Source of the DNA: Squalus acanthias
Lineage: Eukaryota
Length of the DNA stretch: 64,000 nt
Assembly (NCBI GenBank): GCA_030390025.1
Contig: CM059452.1
Location: 8,556,001 to 8,620,000, forward strand
Reading direction: 5' to 3'
Shown here in pieces: positions 1-12,761 of this stretch (its first letter is position 1; the number at the start of each line of letters is the position of its first letter). The translations under genes and the position numbers were made by a program. Below the pieces are notes generated by a model, which saw nothing but the letters and a program-made list of their open reading frames with translations, was not told where the DNA came from and searched no databases.

Positions 1-54
1 GTAAACAGAGTGAAGTGACATTGTTTAATTTAATATCGCTCTGGGCTCTTGCAG

Positions 55-158
55 GACATGGGCGAGGAGACTCCGGTTCACAGACACCGGCTGTAACCAC
101 AGAAAATGAAGGAGACGATGTTCAGTTGTATTCTAATTATACAGCCACAAGCATCAAT
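55..158 (+). pseudogene. 5' fragment of TCR V exon (truncated)
   Basis: Acceptor ttgcag| then GHGRGDSGSQTPAVTTENEGDDVQLYSNY (FR1-like, first Cys replaced by Ser); runs into a TATC microsatellite; no FR3 or RSS seen. Confidence 0.55.
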
Positions 159-229
159 CATATCTATCTATCTATCTATCCATATATATATATATCTATA
201 TATCCATATTATATGTTATATGTTATATT

Positions 230-2400
230 GTGCAGGTAGATGAGTGAAAGGCTTTCATAGAGGTAACCAGGCTGATGACTGAGAGACAGATGGACAGCGG
301 CCTGTCTGGGCCTCGGTGGCTTGTTCTCCCTGAGCAGGGGGACCAGTTTGTATTCGGGTTCCCACAGTGCGGAGACACAGAGAAAGGAATCACTGGACAC
401 CGGGAAATACAGGAGGAAAAACATACTGACTGTCTGGAGCCTGTGCACAAAGGTCACGAGCATCTGGCGCCAGTAGAACTGAAAGAAAATGAAAGTCAGT
501 TGTTGTGAATGTGGGTTGTGAGTTGTTGTTTATTTTGCAGATCAGAAAGGGTTAAATCTGCGAGCGCAAGCTGTCAATTTCCGAGCTCGAATTCATCTGA
601 TTAATGTTTCTGTCGCTGTAAGTGTTGATGTAAAAGGCTCTACATTCGCCATCAGCATCACCGCAACACATCTCGCTATAAATGAGCACTGGAAACTGCC
701 CATAGATACACTGACTGTCTGTTTTCACCCAGGATCTCAAAAGTGTAAAAGTTCCCATTATATCCGCCAGAGGGCGCCGTGCTCATATGTTTCTCGCTGC
801 TTCCTTCGCACTTAGTCCCATGTTATTCATGATATGTCGAAAACCATCAACATTTCAAACCTGTTTATATTTGTGTTGTATTCCTGGTGTTCAGTAAAAT
901 ACCTCCCCTCCCTCTTGTTCTGTCTTGCTTTCACCGTCACAATCTCTCTCCACCACGCTTATGAATGATTTCCTTATACTGCAAATCTTAAAGCAACTGC
1001 AAAGTGACATTTTTGGTAGTTTTGTAAAGCTGCAGTTTGAAAAAAATCTCTTATATATTAAAATATGTAATGGGCGACACACTCAGAGGGACAATTTTGT
1101 AACCCGAGTGAGGAGTTTCTCCCGTGTCACTAACCACTGATGGACAGCCTGGAGAGATGTATGTTGGACATCTTGGGGAGTTACGGGTTAACAGTCGAAC
1201 TTCTTTGTATCTTGGATTAACAAGCTTCCAGGCTTTCAATATCTAAACAGGATGACTTTGAAGAGTCGTAAAAAGAATGCACTGCTTTGTTTCTGAGATG
1301 TAAAGTGCTTGTGTAAGGGAATAAGTGATAGTAATGACGTCACCCATGAGTGGTTTAGTTTTAGGGTAATAAACATGGTTAGATGGATCCATTAGCTACA
1401 GAGAGCAGTTGGTACAGTATTTACTTCAAAGATGCTAGCAAATGTTCTGTCAGGAAGTCTTGTTTAAGGGACGTAGTTATGAATTAAACAAACAACAAAC
1501 TGTTTAGATGAATATTCCGTTTTCAAAGGGTCTGGGAATAGATACGTCATACAGGCTTATCTATGACATTTTCCTTTGATGTAGTCAAATATGGTGTATA
1601 AAGGATCGTGGTTTTCAACAGTATCTCAGCGTGTACTCGAAAGATACTGAAACCGAAACAGTCACTCTCTGTATACAGTTAAAGACCGATCACCTTCACT
1701 GTGCATCAATAAGGTCTGTTCCGTGTACTCCACTACGGAGTCTCGTGCTTACTCGAAACGTGTTGTTGTGAACCAGAGGAGAAAGGATGTTGACTGCTAA
1801 CAGCCACCATTTCCCTCCCCGTGTGATTAATTTCCGCGCCTCCTGTTAGTTTCAGGCAGACATTAATCTAACGGGTTCAGCAGATATTTAGGGAAGGGGC
1901 TCCTATTCCCCTCCGAGCTATTGCCAACACAGTCGGATGATGGCGGTTAGATATTATCTCGAAATGACAATATATCGGTTTGAATGTAGATGAAGATGTT
2001 CAGTTTATTTCACTCACTGTCAGTAATCAGACTGAGGTGGTTGACGGGGGTCGGGTTTGATTAACCTTCTGATGGGGACACACAAGGGGAAGATTTCCTC
2101 TGGTCTCTCTGTGGAATTCTCCTCTGAAATTGTTTTAACGAAATCGCAATCTCATTCTTTTAGAATGCGTTCACTATTTCGTTAGAAATAGCGACCAGAG
2201 GAAATCTCAAACACAGTGTGGACACCTCGGTGTAAACACGAATGTTACAGGAGAATGAAGTTAATGCTCTCGATGAGTCGTCACACACCGGCATAAAATA
2301 AACACTCAGTGTGACCGATTCGGCCCCGGTGAATATAATCCCACAATTAAGCAATGCTGAAGTTTTCCTCAGACCAAGGAATGCCCTCACTGAGTGACGG
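230..2400 (+). repeat. Segmental duplication, paralog of ~54190-55640
   Basis: Long colinear similarity, e.g. tatccgccagagggcgc and gtttcaggcagacattaatctaacggg, in both places. Confidence 0.85.
1138..1802 (+). mobile_element. Solo LTR-like insertion
   Basis: TG...CA termini, flanked by accac/gccac, internal TATAAA; absent from the paralogous site at ~55060 (aaccac|catttccc). Confidence 0.65.
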
Positions 2401-2650
2401 CTCCACAGGCCGATACTTTATGCTGTGACTGTCAGTATCTCTGATCAAACCCGCTATCAACTGGAAATTATAGAGACAAACCTTGCGGTAACACTGCCTG
2501 CGGCAGCCCCGCCCACAGCTTCCGTTCGCTGCTCTCGCTCTGACGCGCCTTGCCAGCCCTGTGTTTTTGGAGAGATTGCTGCAGCTGTTACGGGACTGTA
2601 AACAGGAGGGAGGTTTTTGTACAGTGACTGCCGCGTTTCCTCTCAGTGTG

Positions 2651-3080
2651 CGGCTCTATCGCACAGTAATACACCGCGGTATCCGCGCTCTCCGTGCTCT
2701 CAATGACCAATTGGCCGCGTTTGTCCGCAGTGGAAAGATCCAATTCAAATCGGTCCCTTCTCTCTTTGCCAGCCGATATTCGCTTTATTACCCACTCCAG
2801 TCCCTGACTGGGTCTCTGTTTGTACCAGTGCATGGCGTAAATGCTGGACATGTCATAGCTGCAGTTTATCTGCACCGAATCCCCGCTCCGGACTGTTATC
2901 GCAGCGGGAGACTGCAGCACTTGGTCCGAGAGACATCGACCTGTAAAAACATTCAGATAATAAAACACCGGAGCAACGTGAATAAAAAAACACTGCGGGT
3001 TATTGAGCACAGCTCCTGTACCTACATGGTAGCAGCACCAGAATAACGAGTGATACATTCACTTGTACCGAGTAATACAT
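2651..3080 (-). CDS. TCR alpha/delta V segment, apparently functional (leader 3026-3080, V exon 2651-2940)
   Basis: Leader MYYSVQVNVSLVILVLLP|gtaggt; V exon DQVLQSP..INC..WYKQ..DTAVYYCAIEP; RSS CACACTG-23-ACAAAAACC at 2612-2650. Confidence 0.9.
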
Positions 3081-3559
3081 CCTTGTAATTACAATGTCAA
3101 GAGGAAAGCGGCAGACAGCTCGCATCAGAAGACCCCGAACCGAGTGACGACATTGAACAGGCGGCTGATTAAAGTCAGCGCCGCCCAGTTAAAGTCTCAG
3201 TCACGTGGGTTTGCTGCTCTTGGATTGGTTGGAAATGGACATTGTTCACCCGCGGTTCACATCCGGACATGTCAGTGGTCTAATGACCAGCAAGTTCCTC
3301 TCCTCCTTGTGGAGGGAAGTGAGGTGAACCCCATCCCTTTGTGATAGTGACTCTCTAAAGGGACATTCCTGGCGCTGGGAGTTTGTAACCAAGTCAAACT
3401 CTATATAACCCTTTCCTTACAGAATGTATGGAGGCTCTGGAACTGTGCCCCACAAAGGAGTCAATACATCCAGGACAGTCTGATAATCCCTTTCCTTACA
3501 GAATGTATGGTGGCTCTGGAACTGTGCCCCACAGCAGCAACATCGGATATCCAGCCTTT

Positions 3560-3632
3560 CTCTTACAGAGCGGACAGCAGCAATACAGCTACTCATCATC
3601 TGGATTGTGTGTGAGGCATTTCTAACAGCCGA
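3560..3632 (+). pseudogene. Orphan degenerate TCR V leader exon
   Basis: Homologous to the leader region at 30528-30595, but ATG>ATA and donor GT>GC; no V exon follows. Confidence 0.5.
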
Positions 3633-3751
3633 GCTGGGCTGCTGTCTGTGTCCTTAGAGGAGAATGGTACCACATTTAGAGTCCAGGGTGCGAATGAAAC
3701 CCATGTCTCGATATTGTAACCGGGAAGCGCAGGATTATTAATGGGTTTGGT

Positions 3752-4172
3752 TAACATAAGAACATAAGAATTAGGAGCAGGAGTCGGCCCTACGGCCCCT
3801 CGAGCCTGCTCCACCATTCAATAAGTTCATGGCTGATCTTCGACCTCAACTCCACTTTCCCGCCCGATCCCCATAACCCGTGATTGCCCTAGAGTCCAAA
3901 AATCTATCTATCTCAACCTTGAATATACTCAAAGACTAAGCATTCACAGCCCTTTGGGGCAGAGAATTCCAAAGATTCACAACCCTCTGAGTGAAGAAAT
4001 TCCTCCTCATCTCAGTCTTAAATGGCCGACCCCTTATCCTGAGACTATACCCCCTAGTTCTAGACACTCCAGCCGAGGGAAACAACCTCTCAGCATCTAC
4101 CCGGTCAATCCCCTTCACAATCTTATATGTTTCAATCAGATCACCTCTCGTTCTTCTAAACTTCAGAGAGTA
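3752..4172 (-). mobile_element. CR1 LINE 3' fragment
   Basis: ORF2 C-terminus ...RRNFFTQRVVNLWNSLP; (taagaaca)n tail. Confidence 0.85.
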
Positions 4173-4179
4173 TAGATTT

Positions 4180-6290
4180 ATTCCAGGGTCAATTCATTCT
4201 CTATAATTCCGTTAGTTTTACCGTCAGGACACTGTTAACCGTGACTCCAGTGACCTTTCCCCTCCCGGGTCAGTTCACTGGTGAAATAACAATGTTGTCG
4301 GAATGATTTATAGATCCCTGATATTAGAATGATGACGTCTGCTGTGACTGAACAAACAACTGAACAGATTAAAGAATAAACTCTCCCTGTAATTTAAACA
4401 GAGTTTCAAGAACTGTCCCCTTCTGTGGTTTGTATTAAAATGCTGTTTAAATTCTATCTGTTAAGTTCTGACCTTCTTTCTGCCTGTAATGATTTATTTA
4501 AAGATCCATAATCTTCAGATGCTTGATTACCAATGAGAGAGAATGGAGGGAACAGCCTAGCGGTGCTTTTCAGGAATTTACCGCTCATCTGTATAAAGTG
4601 CCCGGGAGCAGAGCGCGGGGAGCGGGTTCTAAGCCCCCAGGGTGAGGTGCATGCTCTCGTTACCAAGAGCTCAACATCAGCAGGGCATGAAAAACTGTCC
4701 TGACAACTATCTCGCATATTAACAAATGATGAGGAGCAGAAAAAGAAACACAATACAGGCAGTTTCGATTTGTTTTTCGCCCCTTTAACATCGATTTCCA
4801 GCATCAGTAGTTAATGGCTTCAGAAATCAGATCTCAGGGTGTGTCTTTCATTCACATTTTACAATTGCTTTCCCCATCTTCCATATCCTTCCACTCTCTT
4901 GTCCTGCCCACTGGTTAGTATCAAAATTCAATCCTTCGATATGATGGATGTCTTTTTTGTGATGATTATTGCCCGATGTACCGTCCCAGCCCATTGTTGA
5001 TTTCAAACATTAATCTTCAGTTCATTCCAAAATATACACAACTGTTGGAGAAACAGCAGTTAACTCACTGCCCGGGGTCTGAGCCAAATAAAGGATATTG
5101 TGAGCTGACGCCCTCTGGTGGATATTCTGAGAAATGTTCAGATGTCGGTGGACAGGGTGTGAGGAATCCTGTGTGTATTCACTGAACTGTCTGCAATTCC
5201 TGGTTATGGGAAGCTGGGTTGGAGCGGTTCTGAATTAATATCCCGAGCAGCAGCAAATGTTTTACATCGTTCAACTACAGATTGGAAGAAGAAAGTTCAT
5301 CCGATTATAGGCAAAGCGTGGAGACAGGGGATGAGAAAGGACAGGCAGGCACGGAAAGGGCATAGAAAGGAACTACACATGGATTTGTGAATTTCATTTT
5401 TATCATTTTGAAATTACCAACTAATATAATTCTGCCAGTGGACTTCACCTTTTCATGTGGAGTGTTGTGTTTTGTCGACTTTTAGAAGGTCCCTGTGACT
5501 CTCACTGTGGAGGCTGAATTATCGCGTGTTTATCGGTGTGAGAGCGCCCTCTGGTGAGCACTAACTGGAACTCTCAGTGTGGGTTTTTGTACGGGCTCCA
5601 CTATATCTCTGCATCAATGTGAGGTCTCATGGCACAGAAATAAACGGCGGTGTCCGAGATCAGGGCATTCCTGATCGTTAGCTCGGTAATCTTGCTGCTT
5701 TTATTAAATGTAGGAGAGAATCGGTCAGTGAATTCAGGGTTCCTGTTTACTATTCCTGCATCGAGATAAAACACGTACTGTGGAGGCTGCCCGGGGTGCT
5801 GACTGTACCAGTACACATAAGGGGTAGTAGCGGTTGTTTTCAAGGTGCAGTTTAGTGTGACGTTACTTTCCTCTTCAACCGTTATTTCAGAAACCGACTG
5901 TTCCACTGCGTCTTGTTGGCTCCATTCTAATATAAAAAAATACTAATAGTCATCAACATCATCATCATCATCAGGATCATTTAACCAATTGTCATAGCTG
6001 AGTTACAGCCGTCAGGGGGAGAATGGATTTTAACTGGGGAGGAAATACTTACTGAGAAGTGATATAATGAGGAGGAGCGGTGCGAGACGGTTCCACATGA
6101 CGCTCCCTGAGTCTGTAACTCTGCAGTCCTGGAAATCCTCTGTTGGAGCAGATATACAGATCCCCGCCGCACTGCACTGCTGATCCAACCAATGCCAAAA
6201 AAGTAACAGTGGCAGTAATCTCTCCGATAACAGAAGGCGGGTTAAAGCGAGAGCAGCAAACGGAAGCTGTGGGCGGGGCTGCCGCGGGCG
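4180..6290. repeat. Inverted segmental duplication of ~27450-30250
   Basis: Reverse-complement similarity covering the V gene, its promoter and ~1.2 kb of 3' flank; the second copy carries an RTE insertion. Confidence 0.85.
5622..6098 (-). CDS. TCR alpha/delta V segment, intact (leader 6053-6098, V exon 5622-5926)
   Basis: Leader MWNRLAPLLLIISLL|gtaagt; V exon ..TLNC..YWYSQ..DTAVYFCAMRP; RSS CACATTG-24-ACAAAAACC at 5582-5621. Confidence 0.88.
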
Positions 6291-6926
6291 GTATTACTGC
6301 AAGCTTTGTCTCCATCATTTCCAGTTGGTAACGGCCAGAAACATGTGACCACGGCGCCCTCTGGCGGTCACTCTGAGAACTTTGCACTGTCAGGATAATA
6401 GATTGAGTAAAGTGTGAATTTATCTCTGGCGAACTTTCCAGCGTCCGGGTTTTGGGAGAGGCGGTTAAGACAATTTAACTGTGAAATAGGTGGAAGGATA
6501 ATATGAATGAGCTTAAAGGGAAGGGAAATTTTACTTTATTTCTGAATCTCTTTCTTTATGGCTTTCTCTTAACTTTAAGATTTATGTTTCTCACTCGTTA
6601 TTTCTCACTTTCTTTCATTTCTTTTTCCCTCCTTTCCTAATTTGCTGTCCACTACACGTATTATTACATTGATTTTTCTCTTTCTCTCATTCTTTCTTTC
6701 GTGCCTTCGCTTTGTTTTCCTCTGTCTGTGTTTCAAAATCTCTTCATTTCAGAATTTCTTTAACTCTCTCTTCTCTATTTCCTATTATTTTTCTGTGTTC
6801 ATTCCCTCTGTCCTCCGATTATTATAACCGGGCCCCTCCCAATCCCGTTACTCCAAACACAGCAGAGCGGCGCTCCCCCTCGGGGCAGGTTTCTGTGCGG
6901 ACTCTCCGCCTGTTTGTCACACTGTG

Positions 6927-7260
6927 GGCTCACGGCGCAGAGATAGGTGGCGCTGTCTGTCACTCGCGCGTCTCTCACAGTCAGGACACTGAGTTTATTG
7001 CCTCCCCCGATTGAAGCAGTGATCCTCCCGTGTTGATCGGTCCCGCTTGTGGCCATCACCAGATGCTGGAGGGTCTGATCCGGGTTCTGTCTGTACCAGT
7101 GCAGGACGTTAAACCCAGCGGTAGCGGAGCAGTTGATGGACACGATTCCCTCTTCACTAACAACCACCCGCCGAGGGAGCTGCTCCACCTCATCTTCACC
7201 GCTCACATCCGTGCAGATCAGAGTGTAAATCAGCAGGGAAACTCTGTAAATCCGGAGCAT
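6927..7260 (-). CDS. TCR alpha/delta V segment with leader apparently contiguous with V (single exon)
   Basis: MLRIYRVSLLIYTLICTDVSG-EDEVEQ..INC..WYRQ..DSATYLCAVS in one frame; RSS CACAGTG-23-ACAGAAACC at 6888-6926. Confidence 0.8.
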
Positions 7261-7434
7261 TGTCCGATCAGATGAAGAGGAGGCTGAAAGAATGGTACAC
7301 AGAGGTCGGGTTAGAACCAGGACACAGATACTATATTCAGGAGAATTAACAAGGAGACAAACTCTCGCTTCTTGTCCAACGCAGAGGTTTCTTCCTGTCG
7401 AACTAAGGAAACAAGCTGTATCTCTGGGTTTACC

Positions 7435-7850
7435 CACCCCGGGCTGCCACTCTCAGTGTTTCTCACTGACACCAGCTCACACTGTCTCTGAGCTCACACC
7501 GGGCCGCCCACACTCAGTGTTTCTCACTGACACCAGCTCACACTGTCTCTGAGCTCACACCGGGCCGCCCAAACTCAGTGTTTCTCACTGACACCAGCTC
7601 ACGCTGTCTCTGAGCTCACACCGGGCCGCCCACACTCAGTGTTTCTCACTGACACCAACTCACACTGTCTCTGAGCTCACACCGGGCCGCCCACACTCAG
7701 TGTTTCGCACTGACAGCAGCTCACACTGTCTCTGAGCTCACACCGGGCCGCCCACACTCAGTGTTTCGCACTGACAGCAGCTCACACTGTCTCTGAGCTC
7801 ACACCGGGCCGCCCACACTCAGTGTTTCTCACTGACAGCAGCTCACACTG
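7435..7850. repeat. 61-bp minisatellite, ~7 copies
   Basis: Unit cacaccgggccgcccacactcagtgtttctcactgacaccagctcacactgtctctgagct. Confidence 0.95.
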
Positions 7851-8675
7851 TTAATGGTGGGCCCTTTTTTAGACATAGTATTCGGTATCTTTTAAACACA
7901 ATCTGACAAACTATTAAACAGCAATGTTGGTTCACACTGCCCCCTTGTGGCTGTTGGCTGATTCACATTTCAACTTTCGGTGCAATGAATGTAACGTGGA
8001 TTGGTCTGTCAGGACACCGCGAGGTTTATTTTGGGCCGTTTCTACGTGTCGTGTGAAAGACAGAATGGAGACACTCTTCGGGAATTCATTCTCAATGAAT
8101 CTTAATATATTAAAACACAAAAAGGTGATTCAGCCCATCAAGTCTTCACTTCCGTTCTCGCTCCCTGCACTCTTTAATAATTCTCTCAGTACCCAATATG
8201 CTTCTTTATAAAAGAATAATTGATGGAGTCTGCGTCACTAACTGTGTCTGGCAGAGAATTCCAGCTTCTCACCTCCCTTAAACAGGAATATCTTTGAAGA
8301 ATGAACTTCAGTCCGAAGGTTTTTTCCCTCTTTCCGAGTAGTTCCGGGATGTGTCCAGGTATTGTGGGTGAGGCCGGTAACGGTCAGACAGAATCCTCAC
8401 CCATTCCTGGGATCGGATGATCAGATGTCCGGGACAAAGCAGAACAGCTCACGGAGCCTGTGTGCCGGGGCCGCGGGCAGTGATGATGAACACAGACAGC
8501 GACAATGATCAGCGGCAGCTCATTGAAACCAGGCTCTTGGTTTGATTCAGGAAATGACGGGGACTCCGTGTGCTGACAGAAACACTTCAAATTCTCCCCT
8601 TCAGTCCGAGAGCTGCAACTGAGAGGAGGCACCGGGTGAAGTGCGGGCTCCCAGTGCGGGGAGACTGCGGCCATT

Positions 8676-9477
8676 ATGGAGTTTGGGCTTTTCGTTGTTT
8701 GGGGCCTATCAACGTTGTTATTCGGTTGGTTTATTTATTTATACATCTGTGTCTGTCTGTCCATTCCACTATTGACACAAGTGTCCTCTGTTCATCGATC
8801 CCCAGGTCTGCCCACCTATCTGTCTAATTGTCTATCCACCTGTCTCTCTACTTGTCTGTCTGTTTATGTGTGTATCTCTCACTGTCTGTCTCTCTCTCGC
8901 TCTCTGTCCTTCGTCTGTCTGTCTATCTGCCTGTCGGCCTGTTTTTCTCTTTGTCCCCCTGCTGTCTGTCTGTCTCGCTGCCTCTCTGTCTGTCTTACTC
9001 TCTGTAACTGTCTGGTAATCCACCTGCCTGTCTATCTATATCTAGCCATTTATCTGATGCTTTCTCTTTCTTTCTCTTTGTCACCCTGTGTACACACAGA
9101 GAGATAGTCAGATGTATTGTTAAAGAAAGAGAAACGGGTGACCTGTTTTCTCTCTGCATCCATGGGTAACCAGGAATGTTTTCTGCAGGACTGAGTTCTG
9201 GAGACTCCGTCGATCAATGGCCAACAGAAGCCCAATATCCGGAAGGAACCTCGATGAGTATTAATTGCAACTATTCAACCTCCGAACCCAACTACTACCT
9301 CGAGCTTTATCGTCAGAACCAGAACAAGGCTCCGACTCTCATAATTCGAGTACATTCCTTTGGAAAGGACGAAGTTAACGGTCGTTTCTCTGTCATTCTG
9401 TCGAAAACTGTCGCTGTTTTCACAGTGACTGCGCTGCAGCTCGCTGACAGCGCCGTGTACTACTGTGCACTGAGGCC
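8676..9477 (+). CDS. TCR alpha/delta V segment (leader 8676-8724, V exon 9189-9477)
   Basis: Leader MEFGLFVVWGLSTLLF|gttggt; TCTG-microsatellite intron; GDSVDQ..INC..LYRQ (Trp>Leu)..DSAVYYCALR; RSS CACAGTG-23-ACAGTCACC at 9478-9516. Confidence 0.82.
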
Positions 9478-9556
9478 CACAGTGAGAAGGGCCTCGGGAC
9501 ACCTCGGACAGTCACCGTGTTCTGTGAGATCAGCTCAATGAAGCTGCTTTAAACCC

Positions 9557-9574
9557 GGCCACCAGGTGGCGCTG
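9557..9574 (+). promoter_or_regulatory. CTCF-binding motif downstream of a V RSS (one of many in the window)
   Basis: ggccaccaggtggcgctg matches the CTCF core consensus; similar motifs at 5543-5557, 28172-28186, 47288-47303 and elsewhere. Confidence 0.6.
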
Positions 9575-10160
9575 ACAGAGCGCGGACTCCCAAAGCCGGT
9601 CACTTTCCATCAACCAATACTGACCGACAATTCCTCAAAATAAATTAACGTGAAAATTCTTTTTATTTCATATTTCTGCTCATTAATGTTATCCAATCCC
9701 TTACAATTGAATAATTTCACAAGTTAGTTAAGTGTAAATGAGATGTGCACCTGGTTTTAACCCACTTCACTGATGAAGATTTCCGTGACTATTAAATAAC
9801 ATAATAATTCTGCAATTCCTGTCGCGAGCCTGCGTGTCCCGAATTTGTAATAAATGTGAAAGTAACGCAGGCCTTACAGAGACAGAGTTATAACATTTCC
9901 GAAGGGGCCATTATTATTGAATTCAGTTCCTCACAGGTGGATCCTGCGTGTGACAACACTGCCCGCGGCAGCCCCGCCCACAGCTTCCGTTTGCTGCTCT
10001 CGCTCTGACCCGCCTTGCCTACCCTGTGTTATTGGAGGGATTGCTGCCGCTGTTCCCTGTTTGGCATTGGTTGGATTAGCAGTGCAGTAGGGCGGGGATC
10101 TGTATTCCTGCGCCGACAGAGGATTTCCCGGACTTCAGAGTTACAGACTCAGGGAGAATC

Positions 10161-10570
10161 ATGCGGATCCCTCTCGCACCGCTCCTCGTCATTATATCAC
10201 TTCTCAGTAAGTATTTCCTTCCCGGTGAAATGCAATTCTCCCCCTGACTGCTGTAAACCAGATGTTAATGTGGTAAAATGCTGTTGATGATGATGACTAT
10301 TACTATTATTTTATGTTAGAATGGAGCCTCCAAGACGCAGTGGAACAGCCGGTCCCTGAAATGACGGTTGAAGAGGAAAGTAATGTCACTCTAACCTACA
10401 CCTTGAAAACAGGCTATGCTGACCCTTCTGTGTCCTGGTACAGTCACCACCCCGGGCAACCTCCACTGTACGTGGTTTATCACTATGTAGGGATAGTAAA
10501 CCGGGGCCCCGGCTTTACTGTCAGATTATCTTCTACATTCAATCAAACAAAATACGAAATAATCCGATGA
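10161..10570 (+). pseudogene. TCR V pseudogene (family of 5622-6098), 3' truncated at the satellite
   Basis: Leader MRIPLAPLLVIISLL|gtaagt; V exon from 10320 with first Cys>Tyr; ends in FR3; no YYC or RSS. Confidence 0.85.
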
Positions 10571-12761
10571 GACGGCGAATAACGTCTGAGAGACAGGGAG
10601 GTTAAATGAGTTATGTAATACAAGCAGAGACCTTATCCAGTGCAGCAATAACTGAGACAGGGTCTAGTGTAATATAAACAGAGACAGGGCTTTGTGTAAG
10701 ATAAAGTGAGACATGGACCAGTGTAATATAAACAGAGACATGTTCTGGTTTAATGTAAACAGAGATAGGACCAAGTGTAACATCAACAGAGACATTGTCT
10801 AGTGCAGTAAAAACTGAGACAAGGTCTAGTGTAATATAAAGAGAGACATGGTCGAGTGCAGTAATTACAGAGACAGGGCCTCGGGTTATATAAACGGAGA
10901 CAAAGTCTAGTCTAATATAAACAGAGATTGGGGCTACTGCAGTAATAACAGAGACAGGGCCTAGTGCAATATAAATACAGATATGGTCTCGTGCAGCAAT
11001 AAATGTGACAGGGAGTAGGGTAATATAAACAGAGACAGAGAATGTTGCAGTAATAACTGAGACAAGGAATAGTGCAGTATAAACAAAGGCAGAGACTACT
11101 GCTGTAATAACTGAGATGGGGCCTAGTGTAATATTAACACAGACATGGTCCAGTGTAATATAAACAGAGACATGGTCTGGTGTAATATAAATAGAGACAG
11201 GGCCTAGTGCAATATAAATACAGACATGTTCTTGTGCAGTAATAACTGCAACAGGGTCTAGTGTAATAGAAACAGAGAAAGAATCTAATGCAGTAATAAC
11301 TGAGACAGAGTCTAGTGTAATATAAACAGAGTCAGGATCGAGTGCAGTAATAACAGGGACACGGTCTAGAGTAATATAAACAGAGAAGCAGTCTAGTGCA
11401 GTAATAACTGAGACAGGGTCTAGAGTAATAGAAACAGAGACAGGGCCTGGTGTAATATAAACAGAGACATGGCTCAGTGCAGCAATAACTGAGACACGGT
11501 CTGGAGTAATATAAACAGAGATATGGTCTAGTGCAGTAATAACTGAGACAGGGCCTAGTGTTATTTAAACGGAGACAGTGCCTACTGCAGTTATAACTGA
11601 GACAGGGCCTAGTGTAACACAAATCGAGACAGGGCCTAGTGCAATAATAACTGAGACCGGGGCCTAGTGTAATATAAATAGAGAAAGGGCCTAGTGTAAT
11701 ATAAATATAGACAGAGCAAAGTGTAATATAAAGAGAGACAGGGTCTAGTGTAGTATAAACAGAGACAAGGCCTAGTGTATTGTAAACAGAGACACGATCT
11801 AGTGCAGTAGTAACAGGGACACGGTCTAGAGTAATATAAACACGGAAACGGTCTCGTTCAGTAATAACTGAGATAGGGCCTAGTGTTATTTAAACGGAGA
11901 CAGTGCTTAGTGCAGTTATAACTGAGACAGGGCCTAGTGTAACACAAACCGAGACAGGGCCTAGTGCAATAATAACTGAGACCGGGGCCTAGTGTAATAT
12001 AAACAGAGACAGGGCCTAGTGCAGTAATAACTGGCGCAGTGCTTAGCATAATACAAAAAAACACAGGGTATATTGCAGTAATAACTGAGACAGTGTCTAG
12101 TGTAATACAAATACAGATATCGTCTAGTGCAGTAATATAAGTGACAGATGTAATGTAATATAAAGAGAGACAGGGTCCAGTGTAATGTAAACAGAGACAG
12201 GGTCTAGTGTAATATAAACAGAGACAGGGCTTAGTGTAATATAAAGTGAGACATGGTCCAGTGTAATATAAACAGAGACATGTTCTGGTTTAATGTAAAC
12301 AGAGATAGGCCAAGTGTAATATAAATAGAGACATTGTCTAGTGCAGTAAAAACTGAGACAGGGTCTAGTGCACTAATTACAGAGACAGTGCCAAGTCTAA
12401 CATACACAGAGACAGGGTATAGTATAATATAAACAGAATCAAGATCTAGTGCAGCAATAACAGAAACACGGTCGAGAGAAATATAAACAGAGAAACGGTC
12501 TAGTGCAGTAATAGATGAGACAGGGCCTAGGGTTATATAAACGGAGACAAAGTCTAGTCTAATGTAAACAGAGATTGAAGCTACTGCAGTAATATCACAG
12601 ACAGAACCTAGTGTACTAAACACAAAGATAGAGTCTACTGCAGTAATAACTGAGACAGGGCCTAGTGTAATAGAAACAGAGACAGAGAATGTTGTAGTAA
12701 TAACTGAGACAGGGCCGAGTGTAATATAAACAGAGACATGGTCTAGTGCAGTAATAACTGA

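Noticed and set aside
2588-3058. 156-aa ORF as a single-exon gene
   Set aside because: Read-through of the intron; a better leader in another frame (ATG 3080) splices correctly to 2940.
7435-7850. CRISPR-like appearance of the 61-, 67- and 60-bp arrays
   Set aside because: Head-to-tail repeats without unique spacers, in a vertebrate locus, with no cas genes.
8676-9107. 143-aa Cys/Leu/Ser-rich ORF
   Set aside because: Leader exon read through into a TCTG microsatellite intron.
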